Shown piece by piece: positions 47,405-57,032 of a DNA stretch of 64,000 nucleotides. Location of the stretch: the NCBI GenBank assembly GCA_963666565.1, contig OY762911.1:1-64000 (forward strand). The letters run 5' to 3'. Both the position numbers and the translations under genes were made by a program. Under the pieces are notes generated by a model that was not told the DNA's origin, did no database searches, and saw only the letters and a program-made list of their open reading frames with translations. Position 1 is the first letter of the stretch; every line of letters begins with the position of its first letter. Source of the DNA: Thermoanaerobaculia bacterium. Its GTDB lineage: Bacteria > Acidobacteriota > Thermoanaerobaculia > Multivoradales > Multivoraceae.

Positions 47405-47481
47405 GTCCCCATCGTCTAGCCAGGTCAGGACTCCAGCCTTTCAAGCTGGCAACACGGGTTCGAATCCCGTTGGGGACGCCA
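47405..47481 (+). tRNA. trnE: tRNA-Glu(TTC)
   Basis: Acceptor stem GTCCCCA/TGGGGAC, anticodon arm CCAGC-CTTTCAA-GCTGG, T arm ACGGG-TTCGAAT-CCCGT, encoded CCA. Confidence 0.95.
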
Positions 47482-47492
47482 TCGCGCCGGAT

Positions 47493-47961
47493 GGCGCGAT
47501 GGCGGCCACAACGGGTTCGGTCGACGCTGCTCGCCTACGGCTCGCCGCTCTGGAACGTATCCCGTTGGGGACGAAGCCCTGCCGGTCGGCGCGATGGCGG
47601 CCACAACGGGTTCGGTCGACGCTGCTCGCCTACGGCTCGCCGCTCTGGAACGTATCCCGTTGGGGACGAAGCCCTGCCGGTCGGCGCGATGGCGGCCACA
47701 ACGGGTTCGGTCGACGCTGCTCGCCTGCGGCTCGCCGCTCTGGAACGAATCCCGTTCAACGCGAAACGTCAACACGCCGGATCGGCGCGATGGCGGCCAC
47801 AACGGGTTCGGTCGACGCTGCTCGCCTCCGGCTCGCCGCTCTGGAACGAATCCCGAGCGAGACGTCAACCCGCCGACTGGCGCGATGGCGGCCACAACGG
47901 GTTCGGTCGACGCTGCTCGCCTCCGGCTCGCCGCTCTGGAACGTATCCCGTTGGGGACGCC
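47493..47961 (+). repeat. tRNA-linked tandem array: 5 x 72-nt conserved unit with 23-29-nt linkers
   Basis: Units start at 47493, 47588, 47683, 47784 and 47879; each carries ACGGGTTCG...CG(T/A)ATCCCG of the tRNA T arm. Confidence 0.92.
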
Positions 47962-47988
47962 GGGCGGGCGGTTGGTACCCTGAACGGG

Positions 47989-49962
47989 ATGAAGGTGATC
48001 GCGAACTCGGGGGTTCGGCGTCGGGCTGGGCGGCGAGCCCTCGTTGCGTGGGCCGGCGTGCTGGTGCTGGGGTCGACGCTGGCGGCGCAGGAGGGCGAGT
48101 GGCCGTACTTCGGCGGTGACCGCACCTTCAAGCGCTACTCGCCGCTCGACCGGATCGACGCCTCGAACGTCGGCGATCTGCGCATCGTGTGGCGGCGGCC
48201 GGGTCTGGAACCGGAGCTCAGGGAGGAGTTCCCCGAGTTGCGGCCGGGCAACAACCTGCGATCGACGCCGATCATGGTCGAAGGTCGCCTCTTCCTGACC
48301 AACCTCGTCGGCCTGCTGCGCGCCGTCGACCCGGCGAGCGGCGAGACCCTGTGGGCTCAGGCGCCGTTCGAGCCGACGATCGAGGAGGCACGCGGCTTGA
48401 GCCCACGAGGCGTCGACCTCTGGACCGGCGGCGAGCGGCAACGACTGTTCCTCGCACGCGGCAACTACCTGTACTCGGTCGACGCCTCGAGCGGCGAGCT
48501 CGACGGCGACTTCGGCGACCAGGGACGCGTCAGCCTCCGCCTCCCGGGACCGCTTGCCGGCGATTTCACCTGGACCGCCGGGCCGATCGTCGTGGGCGAC
48601 GTCGTCGTGACGGCCGGATACACCGGAGGCGCCGGCGACGGCGGCAGCAAGAGAGAAGCGACGCCGGAGGACGTGCGCGGCTACGACGTCCGCACGGGCC
48701 GCCGGCTGTGGACGTTCCACGTCGTGCCGCGGCCGGGCGAGCCGGGCAACGAGACCTGGGGCGACGGCTCGTGGGAGTACTCGGGCGACCTCGGGTCGTG
48801 GTGCTGCCTGTCGGCCGACGAGGAACTCGGCCACGTCTACGTCCAGCTCTCGGCCCCGACCGCGGCGTACTACGGCGGCCACCGGCCCGGCGACAACCTG
48901 TATTCCAACTCGCTCGTGGCGCTGGACGCCGGGACGGGCGAGCGAGTCTGGCACTTTCAGATGGTGCGCCACGACGTCTGGGAGTGGGACACGGTCGGTC
49001 CGGCGACCCTCGGCGAGATCACGGTCGACGGGAGGCGGATCGACGCCGTCATGCAGCCCTCGAAGACCGGCTTCCTCTACGTCTTCGATCGCCGTACCGG
49101 GGAGCCGGTGTGGCCGATCGAGGAGAGGGCCGTGCCCGGCTCACGGGTCCCCGGGGAGCAACTGTCGCCGACCCAGCCGTTCCCGACGAAGCCGCCGCCC
49201 TTCGACCGGCAGGGATTCGTGGAGGACGACCTGATCGACTTCACGCCGGAGCTCCGGGCACGCGCCCTGGAACTCGTCAAGCCCTTCCGTCTCGGGCCGA
49301 TGTTCACGCCGCCCGGCCTGATGGACGACGAGCAGGGGAAGATCGGCACCCTGACGAACCCGGGATGGTGGGGAACGGGGAACTGGCATACCGGCGCCTT
49401 CGATCCCGAGACCGGCGTGTACTACGCCGTGTCCCACACCTGGCCGAGCGTGTACTCCCTGACACAGCCGGAAGGCAGCGACGCGACACTCGGCTACGTG
49501 GTCGGCTACGACGGTCCCGACGTACCGACCCTCGACGGACTCCCGATCGTGAAGCCACCCTACGGGCGAATCACCGCAATCGACATGCATCGCGGCGAGC
49601 ACGTGTGGATGGCGGCCAACGGCGACGGGCCTCGAGACCATCCCCTGCTCGAAGGCCTCGACGCGCCGCCCCTGGGAGTCGCCGGGCGGCCGGCGCCGCT
49701 GGTGACGAAGACGCTGCTGTTCATCGGTGAAGGCAGCGACGCCATCCCCGGCATCGAGGGGGAAGAAGGCCGCTACTGGGGCAGGAAGTTCCGCGCCTAC
49801 GACAAGGCCACGGGCGAGGTCGTGTGGGAAACGGAGCTGCCGTCCGGCACCACCGGCGCGCCGATTACCTACATGCACGAGGGTCGCCAGTTCATCGTCG
49901 TCGCGATCGGCGGCAACGAGTCCCCGGCGGAATTCGTGGCGTTTGGCCTGCCGCTGGACTGA
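47989..49962 (+). CDS. PQQ-dependent dehydrogenase (glucose/quinate dehydrogenase-like)
   Basis: Signal peptide, RYSPLDRI, STPIMVEG, RGV..W, RPGDNLYSNSLVALDA.TG, SPTQPFP and KPPYG. Confidence 0.9.
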   Translation: MKVIANSGVRRRAGRRALVAWAGVLVLGSTLAAQEGEWPYFGGDRTFKRYSPLDRIDASNVGDLRIVWRRPGLEPELREEFPELRPGNNLRSTPIMVEGRLFLTNLVGLLRAVDPASGETLWAQAPFEPTIEEARGLSPRGVDLWTGGERQRLFLARGNYLYSVDASSGELDGDFGDQGRVSLRLPGPLAGDFTWTAGPIVVGDVVVTAGYTGGAGDGGSKREATPEDVRGYDVRTGRRLWTFHVVPRPGEPGNETWGDGSWEYSGDLGSWCCLSADEELGHVYVQLSAPTAAYYGGHRPGDNLYSNSLVALDAGTGERVWHFQMVRHDVWEWDTVGPATLGEITVDGRRIDAVMQPSKTGFLYVFDRRTGEPVWPIEERAVPGSRVPGEQLSPTQPFPTKPPPFDRQGFVEDDLIDFTPELRARALELVKPFRLGPMFTPPGLMDDEQGKIGTLTNPGWWGTGNWHTGAFDPETGVYYAVSHTWPSVYSLTQPEGSDATLGYVVGYDGPDVPTLDGLPIVKPPYGRITAIDMHRGEHVWMAANGDGPRDHPLLEGLDAPPLGVAGRPAPLVTKTLLFIGEGSDAIPGIEGEEGRYWGRKFRAYDKATGEVVWETELPSGTTGAPITYMHEGRQFIVVAIGGNESPAEFVAFGLPLD

Positions 49963-50003
49963 GCCCGCCCGCTCCGCCGACCACCTCACCCAGGAGTCCA
50001 CCC

Positions 50004-50441
50004 ATGAAGAGAAGAGTCCTCATCGTCCTCTGTGCAACGGTCCTCGGGAGTTCCATGATGGCGGCAAGCGACGAGACCGTTCGGCCGGCGAAGATCGGCA
50101 AGCCGGAACTCGGCGGCAAGATCTTCGAGCGCCCGGACACGGTCGAACAGACCCACGCCGACGGGCACGTGACGCAGACGGCCACGTCCCTGGTATCGAG
50201 CGACAGGAGCTTTTCGTCCGGCATGTACAGGTCCGGGAAGACGCGGATCGAGATCGACCAGCCGTACGGCGTCGACGAGTTCATGTACTTCCTCGAAGGC
50301 GGCGTCACGCTGACGTCCTCCGACGGAACGGAACTCACGATCGACGCCGGGGAGGCGGTAACGATCCCCAAGGAGTGGACCGGAGTCTTCGAGACGGACG
50401 GCTACACGAAGATCTGGGTCATCTACTCCCCGCGTGAGTAG
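50004..50441 (+). CDS. Exported cupin (DUF861/EutQ-like)
   Basis: AGGAG RBS, signal peptide, SGMY, DEFMYFLEG, AGEAVTIPKEWTG and KIWVIY. Confidence 0.85.
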   Translation: MKRRVLIVLCATVLGSSMMAASDETVRPAKIGKPELGGKIFERPDTVEQTHADGHVTQTATSLVSSDRSFSSGMYRSGKTRIEIDQPYGVDEFMYFLEGGVTLTSSDGTELTIDAGEAVTIPKEWTGVFETDGYTKIWVIYSPRE

Positions 50442-50565
50442 GCGGTCCCCGTACACCGAAGCTCTGGGGAACAAGTCGCGCCGACGGCGAGATACTGCCG
50501 GCCCTCTACCCGGCAGGCGATGAGGTTCGAGTGAGCGAGTCGCGCCGTTCCCGGCGAGCGCCGGT

Positions 50566-51078
50566 TCAGGCCGCGGCGGTCTCGATCAGGTCGCCCTTGC
50601 GCTGCAGGACGGTAACGCCCTGCTCCAGGGCCGCGCGCTTGAGGTCGTCGTGGACGTGGAAGGCCGCCAGCACGAAGCGGTGTTCGCGATCCGCGTACTC
50701 GGGAAACAGGCGCCGGAAGTTGGGCGCCTTGACCTCCAGCAGCCGCCGCAGATCCTTCTCGTGCGCCTTGTACTTGACCTCCACGACGAACACCGTCCGT
50801 CCGTTGACAAACAGCAGGTCGAACTCGTCCTCCAGCCCGGCGTGGCTGCGGGTGCGGTTCTTTTCGACGAAGTCGAAGCGCACCCCGCCGAGAACCGGGT
50901 CGCCCTTCAGGCTGTTGTAGTAGAACTCCTCGGCCACCGCGCCCTGGTTGTTGCCGACGCCGCCGTACATCTCCGCGAGCCGGTCCAGTTTGGCGTCGGT
51001 CTTCGCCATCTGGGCGTCGGTTCGCTCCTGCGCCGCGGCGATGCGGACTACAAGAGCCTTCAGTTCGTCGTCGGTCAT
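50566..51078 (-). CDS. Coiled-coil plus PD-(D/E)XK-fold hypothetical protein (DUF3782-like)
   Basis: QERTDAQMAKTDAKL coil, G.NQG.VAEEFYY and EFDLL..N...VEVK. Confidence 0.75.
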   Translation of the reverse strand: MTDDELKALVVRIAAAQERTDAQMAKTDAKLDRLAEMYGGVGNNQGAVAEEFYYNSLKGDPVLGGVRFDFVEKNRTRSHAGLEDEFDLLFVNGRTVFVVEVKYKAHEKDLRRLLEVKAPNFRRLFPEYADREHRFVLAAFHVHDDLKRAALEQGVTVLQRKGDLIETAAA

Positions 51079-51289
51079 GGCCAGCCGTCCAATCTCCGCG
51101 AGCCAGTGTATCCGAGGCAGGCTCACTGCGGCGGCAAAATGCCGAACGGTCCGTCGTTCGACGACGGCCTCGTTGGACGCGGCGCTCCAGGCGCCGCCCG
51201 TTCCCCGTCGACCGCGCCATCGCGGCGCCGCCGCTCCGGCGCCGCGGCCCATCGACCCTCCAGGGCGACGAGAAGCGACCGGGCCGTAC

Positions 51290-52048
51290 TCAGTTCCACC
51301 AGGGCTTGTCGTTGTAGGCGCGCACGTCCAGCTCGAAGGTCCAGGTGGATCGGTGCTGTCGCACGAGATGGACGTAGGTCTCCGCCACCTGCTCGGGCAG
51401 GATGAGGCCGTCGGCCGCTCCCTTCGTGCTGCGGAGGGCTTCGAAGCGCTCCGGGCCGAGCATCTTGCCCAGCGTGTCCGGTGCGTCGACCGTTCCGTCC
51501 ACGAGCACGTGAGCCACGTGGATTCCCTTCGGAGCGAACTCGGCGTTCAGCGTCTGGCAGAGCAGGCGGCGGCCCCCCATCGCGGCCGCATGGGAGTGCT
51601 GCCCCGCGTTGCCGCGCGCCGCGGCCGTGGCCGAGGTGACGATCAGGGTTCCCTGGCCGTGCTCGACCATCCGGGGACAGAGCGCGGAGGCCGTGCGGAA
51701 CAGCCCGAACGTCGCCATGCGCCAGCCGAGCTCGAAGGCCTTGTAGCTGGTGTCGGCGAGCGCCCGATCGCCGATCTGGGCGCCGAGGTTGTATATGAAC
51801 ACCTCGATCGGGCCGATCTCCTCCTCCACGTGGGCGATCCGATCCTCGATGGCGTTCTCCTCGACGGCGTTCAGGAGGAAGCCGGAGGCTTCCCCTCCCT
51901 CGTCGCGAATGCCGGCGACCAGGGCGTTCAGCCCGTCTTCGTCGCTCCGGCGACAGAGAACCGCGTGGTACCCCTCGCGAGCGAACCTCCGGCCCGCGGT
52001 ACCGCCGATCCCGGCGCCGGCGCCCATGACAAAGCAGACTGGTTTCAT
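51290..52048 (-). CDS. SDR oxidoreductase (atypical)
   Basis: GAGAGIG, YNLGA, TSATAA.RG and IHVAHVLVDG..D; HAAAM in place of YxxxK. Confidence 0.88.
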   Translation of the reverse strand: MKPVCFVMGAGAGIGGTAGRRFAREGYHAVLCRRSDEDGLNALVAGIRDEGGEASGFLLNAVEENAIEDRIAHVEEEIGPIEVFIYNLGAQIGDRALADTSYKAFELGWRMATFGLFRTASALCPRMVEHGQGTLIVTSATAAARGNAGQHSHAAAMGGRRLLCQTLNAEFAPKGIHVAHVLVDGTVDAPDTLGKMLGPERFEALRSTKGAADGLILPEQVAETYVHLVRQHRSTWTFELDVRAYNDKPWWN

Positions 52049-52791
52049 TGTCGTTCTCCCTGGTCGTTCCCGGACGGGGTCCTCTTCAGCCACAGGTCCT
52101 TGAACTCGACCCGCATCCCCGCGTCGTGGATCTGCAGGCCGATGGCACCCTTGTCCAGGCGTTCTTCGTTCGCGTTGTCGGTGAACTCGGAGGCGAGCTT
52201 GCCGTTGATGAAGAACCGGTAGTGCCGTCCTTTGGCGACGACGCGGACCCGGTTCCAGCCATGACGTGTGATGTCGCTCTCGCTCACGGCGTCCTCGATC
52301 TCGCTGGTGTGCGTCGTTCCGTCCGGATCGATCACCAGGCTCGTGCCGCGAAAACAGGCGTACTCTTCCCGCGCGACGAAGTGGAAGTCCCACGCGCCGA
52401 GAACGTGCGGCCCGATGCCCAAGTGGCCGAGATCCGCGTGGTAGCCCACGAACGGCCGCTTGCCGCTCGGATCCTCCACGGCGTGGATCTGGATTCCGCT
52501 GTTGCCGTTGCCGGGAAAGCGGTAGCTCGCTTCCAGTTCGAAATCCGTCAGCTCGACGTCGTCGTAGACGAGGTAGACGAGACGATCCACGCTGCCCTGT
52601 CCGACGATGACGCCGTCTTCGACGGACCAGTCCGAGATGGAGTCGGCCGGCACCGCGTGCCAGCCGTCCAGCGTCCTGCCATCGAACATGGAGACGAGTC
52701 CGTCGTCCTCCTGCTCCTGCGCCGTTGCGGTCCACGCGGTCCCGGGCGCCAGGACGAGTACGGCAATGACGGACTTCCACATCTTCTTCAC
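52045..52791 (-). CDS. DUF1080 (3-keto-disaccharide hydrolase) protein
   Basis: Signal peptide, MFDGRTLDGW, WSVEDG, DFELE, GNSGIQ, WN and G.IGLQIH..VEFKDL. Confidence 0.9.
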   Translation of the reverse strand: MKKMWKSVIAVLVLAPGTAWTATAQEQEDDGLVSMFDGRTLDGWHAVPADSISDWSVEDGVIVGQGSVDRLVYLVYDDVELTDFELEASYRFPGNGNSGIQIHAVEDPSGKRPFVGYHADLGHLGIGPHVLGAWDFHFVAREEYACFRGTSLVIDPDGTTHTSEIEDAVSESDITRHGWNRVRVVAKGRHYRFFINGKLASEFTDNANEERLDKGAIGLQIHDAGMRVEFKDLWLKRTPSGNDQGERQ

Positions 52792-52844
52792 CTGGGTGCG
52801 CCGGCGGTCCCGCCGGCATCCGGCGCGAAAGCGCCAGCCTCTGG
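52792..52844 (+). repeat. REP variant (GCCGGC stem)
   Basis: Near-identical to 484-534: CTGGGTGCGCCGGCG..CCCGCCGGCATCCGGCGCGAA(A)GCGCC.GCCTC.GG. Confidence 0.75.
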
Positions 52845-52857
52845 AACTTCTACCACG

Positions 52858-55800
52858 CTAGCTCCTCGTGCCCAGGGTCGTGACGTACTTGAAGAGGTCC
52901 AGAAGCTGAGCCTGCGACAACAACGACGTCAAGCCGGTGGGCATCGGGCTTCCCGTCTCTCGGACTTCCTCGATGTCTTCGGCCTTGATCGTGACGAGTT
53001 CCCCCGTGGCGAGGTCCTGGATCACCAGATCGCCGGTCGTCGCGCTCTCCTGCGTCCAGCGCTTGTACCCCTGGTAGATCGTGAAGTCCCGGGTCACGAT
53101 CTCCAGTGCGGTGAATCCTTCCTTGATCTCGCGATTCGGCCACAGCGTCTCTTCGACGATGCGTTCGGCGGAGAGCGTCGTGCCGACCGCGGTCAGGCTC
53201 GGCCCGACGACGCCTCCCCGCTCGCCGACCCGGTGGCACGCGTCGCAGCCGAAGTCGACGAAAAGCGTGGCGCCCCGCGCTGCATCGCCCCGTGCGGCGG
53301 CGTTCTCGGCAAGGCTCTTCACCAAGTCCGCATCGTAGTCCAGCTCCAGCGATGCCCCTCCGCTTGCGGTGTTGAGAGCGGCCAGAAGGACGCTGTCCGA
53401 ACGGCCGCTCGCGTAGAAGGAACGGAGCAGCGACTTCGCTGCGTCGTGCCCGAGTTCGCCAGCCTCGATCGCCGCGGTCAAGGCCGGCACGCCACCTTCG
53501 CGGTTGAGAAACGCGACGAGTGCCCGAACGGCCGTGGCCCCGTCCAGATCGGGTTCTCCGAACAGGCCGACCGCCAGCTTCGCCGCCGATCTCGAGTCGA
53601 GGGTAACGAGCGCTTCGATCGCGGAGACGCGCAGCGCGGGTGCGTGCGGTGCCTCGGCATGTTCCGCGAGCAACTCTCTCGCGCCGTTGGCCCCGAGCTC
53701 CGCGACGGCGCCGAAAGCGGCGGTCCGCGCGAACTCGGGAAGCGACTCGTCCCCGGCCATCGCGAGCAGACTCTCCCACGTGTCCTCGGCCCGCCAGACC
53801 CCGGCCAGGACGGCGGCATTGGCGCGGAGCCGGTGATTCGGGTGCTCCAGCATCTTCGCCAAGCCCCAAGGCTTGTCGTACGGATCGAGACGTCCGGAAC
53901 GGGTCGCCGTGGCGGCGGCGGCCAGGATCCGCGCGTGCGCATCGGCGTCGTACCTGCCGGCGCTCACGTAGCGATCCGGCATGAGGACGAACTCTTCGAT
54001 CTCTTCCTTCCCACCTTGCCCCAGCAGATTCTCGATCGCGCCCAGCCGCGTGTCATCGTCGAGGTGGTACGACAGGGCGATCCGGCGAAGGTCGGCGATT
54101 CGGTCCCTTCCCCCGGCGCGGTTCAGCACCTCGGCGAGATGGTCCGGCTTGTCGAACCGGAGGTCTCCGCGTTCGTGCGCCGCTTCCCAGTGCGGCTTGA
54201 GGTGCTGGATCGCCTGCGAGAAGACGTACTCCATCGAGTCGTCCATGGGGCGGTCCGCCGCGTGCGCGACCACGGTGACGGACTCCGGTTGGGGAATCGC
54301 GGCTGCCGCGGCGACGGCCTCCATCCGCACCTGCGCGTCGTCGTCTTCCACCCGCCTGGCGAGGAGCGCCAGCGGATCCTCCAGGCGGTCGTGCCACCGG
54401 CCCACGATGCGCGACGCGAAGGCACGTCCGCCCGGCGCCTTCGCTTCCAGCAACTTCGCCAGGACCGCCGGCGCCGGAACCTCGATCGTGGCGTAGGCGC
54501 CGACCGCCTCGTAGAGGTGGCGCTCGTACTCCGCGCCCTCTGGATCCAGGCTCCCGACCCACGTTCCGAGGGCGGCCGCGACCTTCTCCGTTTCGCGGCG
54601 CGTGAGTTCGCGCTTCGCCTGATAGCGCGTCCAGTGCTCCGGCGCTTCGAGGGCGGCTACGACCTCCTGAAGCGGCGCGTCCAGGAGCTTCGGAGGCTTC
54701 ACAAGCGGCGCCGAGGAAGCGGCGATCCGCCAGATCCGACCGTGCGCCTTGTCGCGCGTGGGATCGCGGTACTCGTCGTCCTGGTGGCAGATGATCGGGT
54801 TGTACCAGTCGACCACGTAGACGGCGCCGTCGGGCCCGACCTTCACGTCGATCGGACGGAAGTTCCGGTGACTCGAATGGATGAGCGGCTCTTCCCACTT
54901 CAGAGCTGCCCCTGAACCGTCGGCTACAACGGAGAACCGCTTCACCCGATTCGCCTGGTAGTCGCCGATCGCGAATTGGCCCCGGTACTCCGGCGGCAGA
55001 TGACGACCGTCGAGAAAGGCGATGCCGGCGTAGCCGCCGGGCTCGCCGATCGTGTCGAGGCGGCGCCGGTGAGTGGTCGGGATCTGGCCAAGGGACAGAT
55101 GCGTTACGCCGCCCGCGCCGTCGACGCTGAAGATCTGCCCCCATTCGCCGAACGCGACGCCCCAGGGATTGCCGGGGCCCATGAAGTCGTACAGAAGGGG
55201 ATGCATCTGCAACAGACGCGGCCGCAGCCGGAAGAACCCGGACTGGTACAGGTCGGCGGACCCCCAGGGAGTTTCGACACGCGACTCGATGCCGTCTCCC
55301 TGGCCCATGTACAGCTCGCCGCCCGGACTCCAGACGAAGGAGTTGATCGTCTGGTGGGCATCTCCCGTTCCGAATCCGCCCAGCAGGACGCGCCGCGCAT
55401 CCGCCCTCCCGTCGCCATCCGTGTCTTCCAGGAACAGCAGCTCGTGACCCTGTCCGACGTAGACGCCGCCGTCGCCCAGTTCCATTGCCATCGGCATGTT
55501 CAGTCCGTCGGCGAAGACGGTCGAACTCTCCGCGACGCCGTCGCGGTCGGCGTCTTCCAGCACGACGATCTTGTCGTTCGGCGCGTCGCCGGGGAACACA
55601 TGCGGATAGGCCGTCGTGACCGTCACGTACGCGCGGCCGGCCGTGTCCCAGCGAATCGCAAGCGGATTCGTGAGGCCGTCCGCCTCCGACGCGAAGAGAT
55701 TGACCTTCATGCCGTCCGGCACGGTGAACGAAGCAAGCTCCGCCTCGATGTCCGCTGCAGGATGACCGAAGAGCTCTTCGGGCTCGGGGCGTTGATGCCC

Positions 55801-56727
55801 CGGATCCGGACCGCCATTCGCCACTGTCCAGACCCGCTCTTCCGTCTTCTCGATCATGCCGACGAGCTGCTGCCACTCCTCGCGAAAGGAGAGATAGCCG
55901 TGGCTCGACCTGGTAAAGCGCCGCGTCGAGTCGTCGCCGTGGAGCAGCTTCCAGTTGGCGGGTCGCCAGTAGTCGAACCACAGGCGTTGCTTCTCGACGA
56001 CCGCAGCACGAAGCGTGGCCAACCGGTCCCAGGCAGGGACCTCGAAGCCGAGCTCCTGCGCGATCGTCTCGGAGACCCGCCGCAGCGACTCTTCCTTGAG
56101 GTGCATGCCGTTTTCGGTCAAGTCCGGCTCAGCGTCCGAAAAGAGGTCGACGAAGAGGAGGCCTCGCTGCGCGGCGATCCTCTTCGTTGCCCGGACGTAC
56201 CGTGCAAGAGACCGATTGTGGTGCTCCAGGTTAGGCAGAAACTCGCTCGCCGGCTTCTCGAAGGGCGTGGGAGACACGAGCACGACCTGGTCGGCGTGCT
56301 TCAGAAATCCGTCGACCAGGGCGTTGTACGCCGACTTGAACGACTCGAGCCCTTCGCTTCCCGACATCGATTCGAGCTTGCCGAACTGCGCGACGACAAC
56401 CGTGGCGCCGACGCGTTCGAGCTGAGCGTCCCAGTCGCCGAAGCCGTCTTCGCGCCAGCGTTCCAGCGAGGAGCCCTGCCGGAAGACGGTGTCCGCTTCC
56501 CAGGAGAGATCGCGGAACACGGGACGAACCCCGGCGAAGGCGTCCGTCAGGACGGTCTCCAGGTAGCCCGCCCGCTGCAGACGCACCATGTCGGCGCCGC
56601 CCGCGACCACGACCACTTCGCCTTCGCCCAGGTCCAGCGGAGGCGGCGCCTGCGTGCAGCTCGCCAGGAGGATTCCCGACAGGATCAAGGTCGCCGGGAA
56701 CCGTGGGCGGGAGAGTCTTCTCGTCAT
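52858..56727 (-). CDS. PVC-type membrane-bound dehydrogenase/heme-binding protein (SGNH-like + beta-propeller + HEAT + cytochrome c)
   Basis: Lipobox LASC; F.VPDG..VNLFASE, LEDTDGDGRAD, FRPIDVKVGPDGA.YV.DWYN, GRIWR, CDACH, GPSL and S.MP.GL. Confidence 0.88.
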   Translation of the reverse strand: MTRRLSRPRFPATLILSGILLASCTQAPPPLDLGEGEVVVVAGGADMVRLQRAGYLETVLTDAFAGVRPVFRDLSWEADTVFRQGSSLERWREDGFGDWDAQLERVGATVVVAQFGKLESMSGSEGLESFKSAYNALVDGFLKHADQVVLVSPTPFEKPASEFLPNLEHHNRSLARYVRATKRIAAQRGLLFVDLFSDAEPDLTENGMHLKEESLRRVSETIAQELGFEVPAWDRLATLRAAVVEKQRLWFDYWRPANWKLLHGDDSTRRFTRSSHGYLSFREEWQQLVGMIEKTEERVWTVANGGPDPGHQRPEPEELFGHPAADIEAELASFTVPDGMKVNLFASEADGLTNPLAIRWDTAGRAYVTVTTAYPHVFPGDAPNDKIVVLEDADRDGVAESSTVFADGLNMPMAMELGDGGVYVGQGHELLFLEDTDGDGRADARRVLLGGFGTGDAHQTINSFVWSPGGELYMGQGDGIESRVETPWGSADLYQSGFFRLRPRLLQMHPLLYDFMGPGNPWGVAFGEWGQIFSVDGAGGVTHLSLGQIPTTHRRRLDTIGEPGGYAGIAFLDGRHLPPEYRGQFAIGDYQANRVKRFSVVADGSGAALKWEEPLIHSSHRNFRPIDVKVGPDGAVYVVDWYNPIICHQDDEYRDPTRDKAHGRIWRIAASSAPLVKPPKLLDAPLQEVVAALEAPEHWTRYQAKRELTRRETEKVAAALGTWVGSLDPEGAEYERHLYEAVGAYATIEVPAPAVLAKLLEAKAPGGRAFASRIVGRWHDRLEDPLALLARRVEDDDAQVRMEAVAAAAAIPQPESVTVVAHAADRPMDDSMEYVFSQAIQHLKPHWEAAHERGDLRFDKPDHLAEVLNRAGGRDRIADLRRIALSYHLDDDTRLGAIENLLGQGGKEEIEEFVLMPDRYVSAGRYDADAHARILAAAATATRSGRLDPYDKPWGLAKMLEHPNHRLRANAAVLAGVWRAEDTWESLLAMAGDESLPEFARTAAFGAVAELGANGARELLAEHAEAPHAPALRVSAIEALVTLDSRSAAKLAVGLFGEPDLDGATAVRALVAFLNREGGVPALTAAIEAGELGHDAAKSLLRSFYASGRSDSVLLAALNTASGGASLELDYDADLVKSLAENAAARGDAARGATLFVDFGCDACHRVGERGGVVGPSLTAVGTTLSAERIVEETLWPNREIKEGFTALEIVTRDFTIYQGYKRWTQESATTGDLVIQDLATGELVTIKAEDIEEVRETGSPMPTGLTSLLSQAQLLDLFKYVTTLGTRS

Positions 56728-56741
56728 GCGACCTGCTTTGT

Positions 56742-57032
56742 CTACCCGAGTTCCCCAGTCGCGTATCTGTGCAGGATGCTGGAGATGAGAGTCTGGTACG
56801 GAACTCCCTCGCGGGCCGCCAGGCGCTTGATCTCGACGAGGTCGTGGCTCGGTAGGCGGATGTTGATTCGCTTGTCCTTACGGAGCGTCTCGCGAGCGGC
56901 AGACTCGAGAAGCCGGGCATCCCGACGAGAGCCCGAGGCTCTTCGCAGACTTCCTTCCTCGTACGCTCTCAGGATCTCGCGCTCTTCCGGGTCGAGTCCT
57001 TCTGAATCGAGTTTCGTCGTCCCCTGGGTCAT
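56742..57032 (-). CDS. CopG/RHH antitoxin (BrnA-like)
   Basis: LDPEEREIL..YE.G and KDKRINIRL..DL..IK..A..EG.PYQTLI.SILH. Confidence 0.88.
   Translation of the reverse strand: MTQGTTKLDSEGLDPEEREILRAYEEGSLRRASGSRRDARLLESAARETLRKDKRINIRLPSHDLVEIKRLAAREGVPYQTLISSILHRYATGELG

Noticed and set aside
47493-47961. CRISPR array
   Set aside because: The 72-nt repeat is too long and tRNA-derived, linkers are identical or related to each other, and there are no cas genes in the window
47405-47961. Integrated prophage or ICE at tRNA-Glu
   Set aside because: A 17-nt 3'-end duplication exists (ATCCCGTTGGGGACGCC) but encloses only the repeats; no integrase
47470-48131. Repetitive ORFs across the array and an N-terminal extension of the PQQ gene
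   Set aside because: By-products of a stop-poor repeat whose period is not a multiple of 3; the signal peptide starts at 47989
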